Source: Lytechinus pictus
Lineage: Eukaryota
Assembly (NCBI RefSeq): GCF_037042905.1
Contig: NC_087250.1
Span: forward strand, 10,046,001 to 10,110,000
Length of the DNA stretch: 64,000 bases
Direction of reading: 5' to 3'
In this document: positions 38,462-51,860 of the stretch, piece by piece
Layout: every line of letters begins with the position of its first letter
How positions within the stretch are numbered: the stretch's first letter is position 1
Notes under the pieces: model-generated
Database searches by the model: none
Seen by the model: the letters and a program-made list of their open reading frames with translations, nothing else
What the model was told of the DNA's origin: nothing
Translations under genes and position numbers: made by a program

Positions 38462-40959
38462 CAGGGGCGGAAATCTCTCCCAAAAGGTAGGGGGGACACA
38501 GGGGCGGATCCAGCCTTCGCCAATAGGGGGGGGGGGCGGAAATTTGTTTCAGCCATATTTTCCCCAATCGGCAGCTCGAAGATGATTTGTGTTTGTTTCT
38601 TTAAAGGGGTAGTCCTCAAAAGTCACTTCTTAGCTTTATTCTTATAAATTCATATATAATATCATAATCTTTATTTATATGATGCGAGCGAGAAGCGCGA
38701 GCTTATTTTTTGGAAATTTTATGTATTTTTTCCTAAAATTTGAACATTTTGGGCAATGTTTGTTATCCTGAAAAAATGTGTATGCAGCTTGATAATTACT
38801 ACGAACGCAAAGCGCGGGCAGAAATGAACTGATGGAAAAGATACCTGTTAAAGACTGCGTGCAGATAGCATTTAACAATCAAATAATGCGAGCGCGAGCT
38901 GATTTTTTTTTACATTTTTACCTAAAGAATGAAAATTCTAAGCACTTTTTGTAACTCAAGTAGAATAGGTATACAAGTAGACAATTGATGCGAGCGCGAA
39001 GCGCGAGCGGAAAATTTCGAGATTTAGTCCTATGCTATTTACTGAACGAGACACTCTATTCATGTTTTGTAAATCATGAAAATGATGAGTATTAATAATG
39101 CGAGCGCAAAGCGCGAGCAGAATTTTTTTATATAAGTTTTGAACTGGTACCTGTTGAAAAGGTACCTGTTAAGGACTGCTTGCACTTAGCCATAAAGGCG
39201 TTACATATTTCAACAATCAAAAAATGCGAGCGCGAAGCGCGAGCTGAAAATTTCTAAAGAAAGAATGGTATTCTTTTTGTAATCGTGAACAGGATAGCTA
39301 TATAATTCAAAAATTGATGCGAGCGCGAAGCGCGAGCAGAAAAAAAATCGAGATTTAGACCTAAAAATGGGCCACTCTGTTCATGTTTTGTAAACAGCCA
39401 TAGGCTGATCGAGGGCTTTTGACCGTGTTTAAATAAAATAAATCAATCAAAATCAATGTTTTGTAAATCATGAAAAGGATGAGTAATAGGGGGTCTTCCC
39501 ACATTAATAATGCGAGCACAAAGCGCGCGAGCAGAAAAATATTGATATTGTGATCTGAAACTGGATAATGATTTAAACAGAGAACAAGTTGATTAGTTGA
39601 ATGAACATGCGCGCGCATGTTTCATATTTAGACCTAGAATCTAGGCATTCTAAATACATCTTTAATCATGAAAATCATGAAACTTTGATATTCCGATCTG
39701 AAAAAAGAGTCAATTACAGCTTTATATTTTAAGCACTGTGTAGGAAAATTGTAAGGTGGATATGGATCGCACTTTAAAAAAAGAGCTAAAATTTTCATTA
39801 TTATTACTTTGAGTTTTGACAAGGACCGGGACATCCTTACGACATGTCATGAAAATGATGACTATCTTCCTATTCCTCTTGCTAAGCGCGAGATGAAACA
39901 AAAGTGACAATTTAATTATTAAATATTTAATTATTAAATATTTAATTTAATTATTAAATATTATATTTATTGATGCCTAATGAGGGCGCGAAATCTGATG
40001 ATATTATGGCATAAAAACTGGACATTTCACTTTTGTAATTATGAATTGGATGCATCAGTTAATATATTTTTAACCATTAATGCCAGCGCAAATCGGGAGC
40101 TAACATTTTTGATAAAATATCATGAAAATGGGATTTTAAGTAGTTTGTTGAATAATCAATATTGAAACATACATAACTCGCCAATCAAAATGCCAGCGTG
40201 CAGCGCTAGCTGATACGTCTTGAAAATCAGACATGAAAAGGGATATTTTAAAAACTTTATGGAATACACGAAAATAATAGGTACCTGATGTATCAAAATG
40301 TGCGAGCACGCAGCGCAAGCAGCAAATGTTGATAGAATTATTCAGACCATAAAACTGACATTTTTACATAGCTTTTTTATAAATCAATTTGTAAATCACA
40401 CAAAATAATAAAAGTTCGATTTCCGAGGTGAAATATGTTTTGTATATTGACTTCCAAACTTGATATTTGAGCTCCGTATTGAACAAGATATGTAAATCAC
40501 CTAACAAGCAATGGGAGCGCGAAGCGCGAGCGAAAATTTTATATAGTGGCACGAAAGATTCTTTTTATTTTCCAAGTCTCCCCCTCATCTTATTTTATGC
40601 ACTCGTCGTCCTTCTCTTCTTTTTCTCCTCTCTTTTCCCTCATTTTTTCCTTTTTCCTTCTTTCTTTCCCTTTTTTTGCTCCGCCAATAGGGGGAGGGGG
40701 GCCCTCGGCCCCCTGGATCCGCCTATGGGGAAAGGGGCGGGGAAATGTGACAAGAAAAAAAAAGTTATCATCCCAAAAGTACGGTCATCTCGTCCCAACT
40801 CGTCCCAAAACACATGTTTTATTTCGATTTAGAATGATGTATTTCTTACCATCATAAAAGACCAAAAATAGTAGGGGGGACATTTGATATGGTGTCCCCC
40901 CTACTATTTTGAGTAGGGGGGACACGTCCCCCCTGTCCCCCCTGGGATTTCCGCCCATG
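38462..40959. mobile_element. hAT-type non-autonomous element containing a second hAT-like MITE (38499-40727) with a GCGCGAAGCGC repeat array
   Basis: TIR CAGGGGCGGAAATC / GATTTCCGCCCATG; 8-bp TSD GTCAGTGG; inner TIR CAGGGGCGGATCCAG / CTGGATCCGCCTATG. Confidence 0.88.
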
Positions 40960-41954
40960 GTCAGTGGAAAAATACTTCTCCATAACCCCCCCCCCTTCTT
41001 TCATTCTCTTTTTCTTCTTTTTTTCTTTTGGGTTGGAACTGGGTTGGATTTGAACCTCTCGCCATCCATTCAATGATGGATTCATATGGATTCATGAATC
41101 ATGGATTCATTCATTCATATTCAATGATTGAATGAACAAGGTTGATTTTTCATTTAACCTTGTTGTTCACTGTTACTCTACTATTCCCTGTGTGTCAAAA
41201 TAATGTTGCCAATGTTTGGCCTATTTTCGGGGACAAATGCTTGATTTTTTTTACTGTCACTGTGATGTCAGTTTCCATTATTGCAACTATTCATCTAGAC
41301 AGCTGGCAGCCGTCTGTTTCGAGGAGTTTTTTACCTTTTTTTTTTTTTATTTTCTCCTCGTACACAGACGGCTCGCTAGCGTGCAGCCACCATTAGGGGA
41401 CTTGCAATGCAAAATCCCCCCGTCGGGGCTCTTCAATTTTTGTCTTTAATGAATAAAAATTTTGAAAATTAACGCGACCAAAATGCAAATTAATATTCCC
41501 TCTTGGCATTAATCGCCAAAAAACGGTGAAAAATCAAGTTAAAAGGAACAAAAACAGTGACTTACCTCGGCTGTCGCGCAAATTCACTTCCCCGTTTTAT
41601 CCGATCTTAAGTACATAAACATATTGCCATTGAGTCCCCTGTACAGATCGCGCTAGAACTTCGGTCTCTGTATTTTGGTGAGTGAAGCCAACGGAGTTCA
41701 GCTGAACAACCAACATAACAGAGACCGAAGCTTTTGGTCTACTATTCATCATATTTTAGTTTTTGGAACAACTGCAGAATACCCGGACACTGCGTTACCT
41801 TATCGTTGGAGAGCCAACGCACAATGATGTACTTAAGCTATCAAATCAGAAAATCAGCTATAATAAATAATTGAATGATTTACAACTTACAAGTATTTTT
41901 TGAATAGATTCTAAGTGTTCAGACTGCACTGTAACGCTAACGATGCGAGCGCGC

Positions 41955-43630
41955 GCGATTAGTATGTAGACCAACAGTGTCCGCGATGCCAACGATGTGT
42001 ATATTTTCGTAGTACGTGTAGGCCAACACAGTCCGCGATGCTAGCGGTGCGTTGGTGTCCGTAGTACAGGCCAACACTGCCCGCGATGCCAACGATCTAT
42101 ATATATATCTGTGTGCATCTGTAGTATGTAGGCCGACATTGCCCGCGATGCCAACGATGTGTATATTTTCGTAGTACGTGTAGGCCAACACAGTCCGCGA
42201 TGGTAGCGGTGTGTTGGTGTCTGTAGTCGGTACAGGCCAACACTGCCCTCGATGCCAACGATCTATATCTGTGTTCTGTAGTATGTAGACCAACAGTGTC
42301 CGCGATGCCAACGATGTGTATATTTCCGTAGTATGTGTAGACCAACATTGCCCGCGATGCCAACGATGTGTTGGTGTCTGTAGTACAGGCCAACATTGCC
42401 CTCGATGCCAACGATGCGATCATATCTGTAGTTGCCTATGTAAACCAACATTGCCCGCCATGGCAACGATGTGTTGGTGTCTGTAGTACATGCCAACAGT
42501 GCCCGCGATGCCAACGATGCGATCATATCTGTAGTTTCCTATGTAGACCAACATTGCCCGCGATGCCAACGATGTGTTGGTGTCTGTACTGTAGAGTACA
42601 GGCCAACATTGCCCTCGATGCCAACGATGTGAATGTATCTTTAGTAGGTATAGGCCAACAGCGCCCGCGATGCCAACGATGTGTTGGTGCCTGTAGTAGA
42701 TGCCAACAGTGCCAACGATGCCAACAATGTAAATGTATCTTTAGTACGTATAGGCCAACAGCGCCGGCCAGGATGCCAACGATGTGTTGGTGTCTGTAGT
42801 ATAGGCCAACCTTGCCCGCGATGCCAACGATGTGAATGTATCTTTTGTATGTATAGGCCAACGGCGCCCGCGATGCCAACGATGTGTTGGTGCCTGTAGT
42901 AGATGCCAACAGTGCCAACGATGCCAACAATGTAAATGTATCTTTAGTACGTATAGGCCAACAGCGCCGGCCAGGATGCCAACGATGTGTTGGTGTCTGT
43001 AGTACAGGCCAACCTTGCCATCGATGCCAATGATGTGAATGTATCTTTAGTAAGTATAGGCCAACTTTGCCGGCGATGCCAACGATGTGAACGTATGTTT
43101 AGTATGTATATACCAACAGCGCCCGCGATGCCAACGATGTGTTGGTGCCTGTAGTAGATGCCAACAGTGCCAACGATGTGAATGTATCTTACATAGGCCA
43201 ACATTGCCGGCGATGCCAACGATGTGAATATGCCTGTAGTAGAGGCCAACATTGCCGGCGATGCCAACGATGTGAATATGCCTGTAGTAGAGGCCAACAT
43301 TGCCGGCGATGCCAACGATGTGAATGTATCTTTAGTAAGTATAGGCCAACTTTGCCGGCGATGCCAACGATGTGAATGTATGTTTAGTATGTATATACCA
43401 ACAGCGCCCGCGATGCCAACGATGTGTTGGTGCCTGTAGTAGATGCCAACAGTGCCAACGATGTGAATGTATCTTACATAGGCCAACATTGCCGGCGATG
43501 CCAACGATGTGAATATGCCTGTTGTAGAGGCCAACATTGCCGGCGATGCCAACGATGTGAATATGCCTGTAGTAGAGGCCAACATTGCCGGCGATGCCAA
43601 CGATGTCAAGGTTTCTCTAGTACAGGCCAT
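41955..43630. repeat. Minisatellite array, ~40-bp unit (ggccaacattgcccgcgatgccaacgatgtg...)
   Basis: The core gatgccaacgatg recurs dozens of times; a 285-bp higher-order duplication is shown by ORFs 43139 and 43424. Confidence 0.95.
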
Positions 43631-45321
43631 CAGTGCCACCGATTCACCCTCATCATCACCATTTTCATCATCGACATTTCATCATTATAATCGTCACCAT
43701 CAAAATATCATCATTTTCATCTTTATCATCTTCAACTATTTATCATCATTATCATTGCTATTTTCATCAACTTCTCAATTATAATCATCATCATATTCAT
43801 CATCACATCTCAATCAAAATTAAACTGATTAAATCTTTGTGGAGCACAAAATGTATGACCATTCGGTAAAAGGGTCTGAAAATCAGACTTTTACTTAGGT
43901 GATTGCAATCCCTTAAATCGATTTAACCACTAATAGTCGTTATTTTCAACCCCCCCCCTCCCGTTTTTTAAATTGAAGTTCTAAAGTAGTGTTATCTTCA
44001 AATGCCGTTGGAATTTAACTTTTTCATTTGTTTGGCCTGCAAATGTGACATAGTACCTTTAAACCATTCAAAAATGAAAAATATCAGCCAGAAGAGGGAA
44101 AGAGAGAAAAGAAAAAAAAAGATTCCGACCGACCGACCGACCATGTTTTGGCACGTAAAGGACAATACGACATCTTTTTTTTTGGTAAGCTTCATCATCA
44201 ACAAATCATCATCTTTACTATCGTTAATTACCATCATCATAATATCATTTTCATTATCATCAACTTCATTATCATCATTCATTACTTCATGAACATCATT
44301 ATGTTGTTATTATGTACATCATCATCACTAGCATCATCATCGACATAACATCATCATCACTATCATCACCCTCATCATTGTCCAAAAAAAAATATCATTG
44401 TATAAATTTATTTTCCTAGCTGTGTGAATATCGACGGTAGCGTTCCGTTTGCTCTCTTAAACTCTCTAATTATCATGTAGACGCACAGGTGTTTCAGACA
44501 CTGCGGACCCTGGATGCATCGAATTCCTTTTTTTTAAATGGTAACGGCTTCAGGCCGCTGGTTATTTTACAGGCGAACTAGGGTTTTAATTCCTTTCAAT
44601 TCCCCCTTTTTTTCTTTGGTTTCGTTAGGACTATAGATAGGCAAATTTTATGTGTTTGGGAGAATGTGAGTTGTGATTATGATTATTGGAGGCGAGGCTT
44701 GACCGTAATAATTAAAGGGTCGAATTTGGTAGCGAAAGTACGTGGGAGAAGCTATTTGTCGTGATTGAAGAAAGACCTGTTGTGTCGCATTCCCATGACA
44801 ATGAGAGTGCGGGAAGTTTTTGGGCTTGCTGTTTGAGAGCGAGTGTTTTCCCCTTTTTATTGCTGTTTTTTGTCTCTGCTGTTGAGAGCGGAACGAGTAA
44901 ACGACCATCCTTCGGACACGATCCCTCCTGGAGGCAGGCAACGGTGTCTTAAATTTACATAATAACTGTAATTGTTCAATTAAGCTCAGCTCTCATTTTC
45001 ATCACATTTATGCCGACACTGTTTTATGCCGTATAGTAAATGGACGCTTGAGTTATTATTTAGTTGTTGCCTATGAATATCTTTTTAAAAGTAACTCATT
45101 TGGGATTTGTGTCATGTGAAACGACAAAATATGTGTAAAATATTGTTAACGTTCTTTTTCGTCAGACTCTGAAAGTCGGTCATGCTGTCAACGTTCAATA
45201 CATGTGAACTTATGTTGTATCTCGTTTCATTGTTTAATTAGAATTCACACTTTGAAACTACAATTCAAGTTTTGAGTGATTATTGTTATATATATATATA
45301 TATATATATATATTTCGCCAC

Positions 45322-45600
45322 CAGGGGCGGATCCAGCCGGCGGCAAGAGAAAATTTGAAAATCGTGCCGGTCGATTTTTCGCTCAGTGGGGGATGGTGGG
45401 GGGGGGGGGGGGGAGAAGTAACCATTATTTTTTTTTGTTTTTTTGCTTAACGGGGGGAGGTGGGAAGTGTTTTGTTTTTTCCACCCCCCCCCCCCCCTTG
45501 AGCGCACGGGGAGGGGGCCCATCTTTTTTAAACAAAAAGGCTGTTTTTATCTTTTTTTCATAGGGGAGGGGGCACGGGGCCCCTCCTGGATCCTGCACTG
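45322..45600. mobile_element. hAT-type MITE
   Basis: CAGGGGCGGATCCAG / CTGGATCCTGCACTG; TSD TTCGCCAC / TTTGCCAC. Confidence 0.8.
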
Positions 45601-46498
45601 TTTGCCACTAAGCCAACTATAATCCACGTGAGAATCATAATTATCAACAACATTATGATGATTATCTTATTGAGTATCAGTATGTCGATATCTTCTTCAT
45701 CATCATTATAAATCTATATCATCACTAGCTTCATCATCGAGAACATGATCAATCATCATCATCATCACTATCATCAACCACATTATGTCGTTATCATCTT
45801 CATCATCGTCTTCGTCATCATAATCGGTCTTATCGTCCCCATTATCACTAGTTTCATCATCAGTTGATCGTTTAATCGTCACCATCAAAATAATATAATT
45901 TTCAACTTTATTTTCATCATGAATTTCATTATTATCTTTATCATTCTTAATTTCATCATCAACATCTCAATCATAATCATCATCATATTCATCATCACAT
46001 CAAATCACAATTATCATCTTCATCATCATCAAATTCTGTATTATTAATAACTCATCTTCATTCTTAAATTTCGTCATATCTTTATTTTACGGTATAAAGA
46101 AACAAACAATTTTATTAATTTTGAACGATAGAACATCTTACATAAAATCAATCATCTTCAAACTTTTATTTACGAATCATCATGCTCGAAGTAGTACAAA
46201 TGCCAAAACAATATTTGTATATAAACAGAACTGGACCTCAAAAGGTGTTTTTCTCTAAATATGTTTGTAATATGGTTAAATTGCCTTTTACAAATAGAAG
46301 AATAAGTTATATCTACATCATCATCATCTTCTATATTGTTAATAACTCATCTTCTTCTTAAATTTTGTCATATCTTTATTTTACGTCGTAAAGAAACAAA
46401 CCATTTTATTAATTTTGAACGATTGAACATGTTACATAAAATCAATCATCTTCAAACTTGTATTTACGAATCATCATGCTTGATTTAGTACTACAAAT

Positions 46499-48202
46499 AG
46501 GAGTGGGCTATACATGGGTCAAAAATACTTTTTTTGTAATTTCAATATGACAACAGTTTTTTTTTTATTCCTTGTTATGTATCTCAACATGAAATGAGAA
46601 TATTTTTTGTCTCGGGTCCGAGAAAAAAGTGTGCCGGGCCAAAATCCAAAATGGCCGCCAAAACCCCCCAAAATCACAGTTTTGGCCACAATTTTTTTAT
46701 TTGGTGGTCAATTTCTCTGGTTTTGGTGTCTATTCATATGTTTTGGGGGGCAGGCAATTTGTTTTTCCTATAATTAGTACTTTCAAACCACTATTTGTAG
46801 AGTTAAAAGGTAATTATACCTAAATTTTCCCATTTTTGTAGCCTTTTTTCAGCCAAAAAGTAGGTTTTATCATTCTGGGGTTCTGGGATATTAGATGGTA
46901 CAAGGTCAACAATAGCAAGCAGCTTCATATAGCTATTTTTGCTTTTATTCCTCCACTTTGGGTTTTACGGATATTTGTGAAATATATCTTATTAAATAAA
47001 AAAAATGTCAATTATCCATTGGGGCTATACAGTATACAATGTACTGTACATACATACTGCACTGCATAAATGCATTGGCCACTATGACAGATAACAAGGC
47101 TTGTATAAACTATAGTGTCATAGAATTAAATGAGCTCTCAGGTTTAGAATTAGATGCCTCAGAAATTAAAGATATGTTTTGTCTCAGAAATTGAGGACAT
47201 GTTTTGTCAAATATGCTAATACAGGGGGCGGAGAGAGGTAATTTACACTGTAGCTATTCGGGGCCCCGTTGCGTACAAATTTACCATTATGTTAACTTAA
47301 CTTAATGGTAACTTGCATGCAATCCTTGATTCTGATTGGCTGTTGATCAGCGTTACCATGATACTAGTAGTTACCTGACCACATAAACATAGGCCAGTTA
47401 GACACCAGAACCAGGTAAAAAAAAGCCTCCAAATGAAGAAGATATGGCTAAAAATGTGATGTACGTATATGATATATACATGTATGTGATATTTAAGTGC
47501 AATTTACGTTGCTGGTTTCATCATGTACATCAGCTGACAAGGAATTAAATTCACAATCTAATTCTAAACCTTTGAAGCTCATTTCTATGACACTATAGTT
47601 TATATACAGGCCTTGTCATATGCCATGGTGGTCAATGCATGGATATATGCAGTGTAGTATGTACAGTGCATTGTACACCGTATAGCCCCTATGGGTAAAT
47701 GACATTTTCTTTTATTTGATAAGATATATTTCACAAATATCTGTAAAACCCAAAGTGGAGGAATAAAAGCAATATAGCTATATGAAGCTGCTTGCTATTG
47801 TTGACCTCGTACCATCTAATATCCCAGAACCCCAGGATGATAAAACCTACCACTTATCGGCTGAAAAAGGGCTACAAAAATTGGAAAATTTAGGTATAAA
47901 CACCTTTTAACTCTACAAATAATGGTTTAAAAGTACTAATTATAGGAAAAACAAATTGCCTGCCCCCCAAAACATATGAATAGACACTAAAACCAGAGAA
48001 ATTGACCACCAAATAAAAAAATTGTGGCCAAAACTGTGATTTTGGAGGGTTTTGGTGGCCATTTTGGATTTTGGCCCGGCACACTTTTTTCTCGGACCCG
48101 AGACAAAAAATATTGTCATTTCATGTTGAGATAAGGTAAAAGGAACACAAAAAAACTGTTCCCACAGTAAAACAAAAAATCACCCATTTATAGCCCACTC
48201 CT
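46499..48202. mobile_element. MULE-like non-autonomous element with ~650-bp TIRs
   Basis: AGGAGTGGGCTATA / TATAGCCCACTCCT; 9-bp TSD ACTACAAAT (46490-46498, 48203-48211); mirror ORFs 46629/47890. Confidence 0.85.
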
Positions 48203-48774
48203 ACTACAAATGCTAAAACAATATTTGTATATAAACAGAATTGGATTTCAAAAAAGGGTTTTTCTCTAAATATTTGTGTAATATGGTTAAATTTCCTTTT
48301 CAAGTAGAAGAATAAGTTTAATCAAACAAATGCGATTTTGCGAACAAATCAATCGTCCATGGGTTGGTTTATAAAAGAAAAAAATTTTATTACAAAAATG
48401 TTGATCAATTGTCCATGGGTTGGTAATCATAAAAGGCTTGTCGAAATATCTTTATCCACAAACGAAACTTGGCGAAATATCATTTGTTCTTGTTGTTATA
48501 TAACCCATAAAAAACAAACCAAATGTAGTCGAAATATATATTGTCCTTGCATTGATACATATATATTAAAAAAATATATATGAAATAAGAGTTCGCGAAA
48601 TGTATCGTCTTTGCTTTTGGACACAAAACAATAAACCAAATTATTAAAGGCATTTATCAACATAAATATAAATCGTCCATGGGTGCGATTATTAAACAAC
48701 AAAATGAATGTATTAACTGAACACTTCAGATAATTGTTGTTCTACTGTTTTCTTACAAGTATTTCAATAGAAAG

Positions 48775-50706
48775 TCAGTTAAACATATCCTCCGAACATT
48801 TTCCGCTTTCTACGAGTGCTCTCCTCATATTGTCTGTAATGCACGTTGGCAGCTTTCGCATGTAGGCCGCCCTGTATTCTTGCTTGGTGAGTGTGTCGAA
48901 GGCCTCCCAGTCGATGTTATCCGCATCTCTCTTGATGAAGACTTCTGACTTTTTGCTGTTCGAAGAACTGCGTACTGATGTGAGCTCTCCGGCCATCTTT
49001 AATTGGTCCAAGGCGTTCTTAAACTCCACGCTCCCGACGCTTCGCATCGCCCTACTGCACGTCGACTTAAATGATCGATAGGTTAACACAGGTCCAGGCG
49101 TCTTTATTACTGATGTAGCCACGCATGTAGGAGTCGGTTGTTCTTTGACGGGTGTTGTAGACGGAGTGGTGATGTCACGGAGTTCCTGTGATACCAAAAT
49201 CATGTAAAAAATGAGAAAATATATGTATTAATTTCGTGTATATACAACATTTTAAATTTGGAAGTCGAAAACAAATTACAATATGTAAATACGTAAGTGT
49301 ATGCAACATTATAATTATTTTATTTTTTGTGTGTATTAGTTTAAACTCTGAACGATGCTCATGCACGTTTTTTTTTTTATAATGATTATTCATTAAGAAG
49401 TATATGAACTTTAAATTATTGGTTTATTAACCATTACGTAGAAATAAATGTGTTAAATTTAATAATACAAATCGATTTTAATGCAAATTTTCTTAATAAT
49501 GTTGACTTAGTGCTGTATCTATTTATACAACATGTGACCAATTATATTGATGTATTGAAAGAAAAAAAAATCATAAACATATTAATTTTATATATATAGT
49601 ACGGTGGAATAACTTACAGTTAAGAATGTTTCTTTCTGGCTCTCTACATACTCCACGTATGCCAAGGCTGCATCGAGGCTCTCCTTCTCGATCTGTCGTG
49701 CCGGTGGAGTTGGTTGGATCCCTTCCAGGAAGTCGTTCAGCACTGAGGACAAGACGTGAATGGGCGCCGCGAGCCTTACCACCAAATCAATTTTTTTGGA
49801 TTGTGGAGGTGTTTGTCCGTCGACGATGGCCTGGTTTATACTTTCTATGTAATTTTCGTTAATCTTGTCCAATTCAGCTTCACAATTGTCCGCGAAGGTG
49901 TAGGATCCTCCTGTCTCGTGTAGACTTTCCACAACTTGCAGCACATGGGTTATGGAGGGTTTGTCCGTGATTCGTCGCCTGGCTTCTCGTGTGGCGCTGG
50001 GGGAAGGACGCAAACAGTCTGGTATGTGAACGATCAGGCGTTCTATAAACCCGTTGCCGACGTCTAGGGCGGTGAGGAGGTGAGCGGCTGGCCCCGGTTG
50101 GGTGGCTCCCAATATAGAAAAGGCACGTTCTGCGTCGATCTCACGCTTATTCTGCGTTGCATAAGTTGTGGACACCTTCTCTCCGCTGAAAATATGACAT
50201 AACGTAGCGATGTCCCCGCTTGCGTTTTCACCGTCGCTTTTTGCCATCTTAAGCAAAACATCATGGACCTCGCTGTTTATTAACATTCCATTACCCTGTG
50301 AAAGTCTTTGAAATAGCCCAGCGGACGTAGACTTTCCTATTATAAGGATATTGGCGTCATCGCGTGCGAGTGACATAGCGTGTAGCGGTTCCGTTGCTCC
50401 CACTTGTATTGCCTGGGACTTCCCGGTTGATGGTGGTCCAACGAACAGAACGTAGATATTCGCCTTTGTCGTCATCCCGTTGAACCTGATGTCGGACGTT
50501 TCGGAGATAACAAAAGCTGTAGTCGTCAGGACGCTGTCTACCAGGTACCCTTCGCATGTACTAATAGAAAGCGCTATGTCCTTAAAATAACTCCGTACAT
50601 GCTGTGGGAAAAGTTGTCCGTAATCAAACGGTGATGATCGAAGTCTGGCGTGCAAGTTTGACCATGTCAGAGAGTTCTGTTTAGCGACGGTTGTCATGCG
50701 AGACAT
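48775..50706 (-). CDS. DUF3987/YfjI-like P-loop (AAA+) NTPase; exons 50706-49618 and 49185-48775; 499 aa
   Basis: Walker A YVLFVGPPSTGKS, STSAGL, Walker-B-like MLINSE, FSILGATQP, GNGFIERL; phase-0 intron GTAAGT...CACAG (49617-49186); no stops; GC-richer than the flanks. Confidence 0.82.
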
Positions 50707-51284
50707 TATGATCGAAGATGCGATAAAATAATTATGTCCCGAAAAAAAAGTAATATTCTTCCCTTTCGGGAGCGGCTGTGAAATAATTTGTCCGTTGATA
50801 TTAAGGTACAATAAAAACCCTTTTTATCAAATAAGATTTCATTGACTCCTTTTATTTTTGCACTCAATGCATCAGATATAAATTTAGAAGGTAATATGTA
50901 CAATTGTAAAATATAACAAATTAATAATATTGTATTTTAAGCACTGGTTCAATAATATTTAAACACATATAGGCCTTTTACTTAATAAAGACAAAGACAA
51001 TTTAAAAGAATGCAACAGACCATGTTTGCCATCATGAGCGAATGGGCCTGATTTGGGGAAGCTGCTCGCATAAAAGTCACAACTCAAAATTTTAATAATT
51101 CTAATTTTTAATCTTTGATCTTTTTTTTCTTTAAATCTTCGGAATTATGTTATTGGGTAATGCAATTGGGCATACCATTCACCATTAACATAAATAGCAT
51201 TCATTAGGCACACACCACTAAGCCACAATTGCGTTACAATTATCCAACAACTATCCATTAATTATACCACTATATAGGTACATA

Positions 51285-51797
51285 CTACTGAGACACCATA
51301 TTGGGCATATGGTATACCATTGATACAAATCATACCATTACACATATACCACTGAGACTATTGGATACCACTGAGACACCATTGGGTATATGGTATACCA
51401 TTCACCATACCAATCATATCATTATAGAGGCACATACTACTGAGACACCATTGAATACCACTGAGACACCATTGGTATATGGTATACCATTCATCATACC
51501 AATCATACCATTAGAGGCACATACTACTGAGAGTCTGAGACACCATTGTATACCACTGAGACACCATTGGGTATGGTATACCATTAATCATACCAATCAT
51601 ACCATTAGAGGCACATACTACTGAGACACCATTGTATACCACTGAGATACCATTGGTATATGGTATACCATTCACCATACAAATCATACCATTAGAGGCA
51701 CATACTACTGAGACACCATTGAATACCACTGAGACACCATTGGGTATATGGTATACCATTCATCATACCAATCATACCATTAGAGGCACATACTACT
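51285..51797. repeat. Tandem array of ~85-90-bp units containing the palindrome ATGGTATACCAT
   Basis: Repeated catactactgagacaccatt..accactgagacaccatt..atggtataccatt. Confidence 0.9.
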
Positions 51798-51860
51798 GCT
51801 ACGTACAGTCAACTCACCAAAATGAATGAAAACAATTTACAGCCATTACACTACTTTCCA

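Noticed and set aside
41937..43784. Multiple long overlapping ORFs and a CRISPR-like appearance
   Set aside because: The 'spacers' are themselves repeated variants, there are no cas genes and the context is eukaryotic; the ORFs arise from the minisatellite
43640..46060. His/Asp/Ile-rich ORFs
   Set aside because: (CAT)n low-complexity DNA
50707..50811. N-terminal 35 residues of ORF 49588-50811
   Set aside because: Non-ATG start in AT-rich sequence; the first ATG is at 50706
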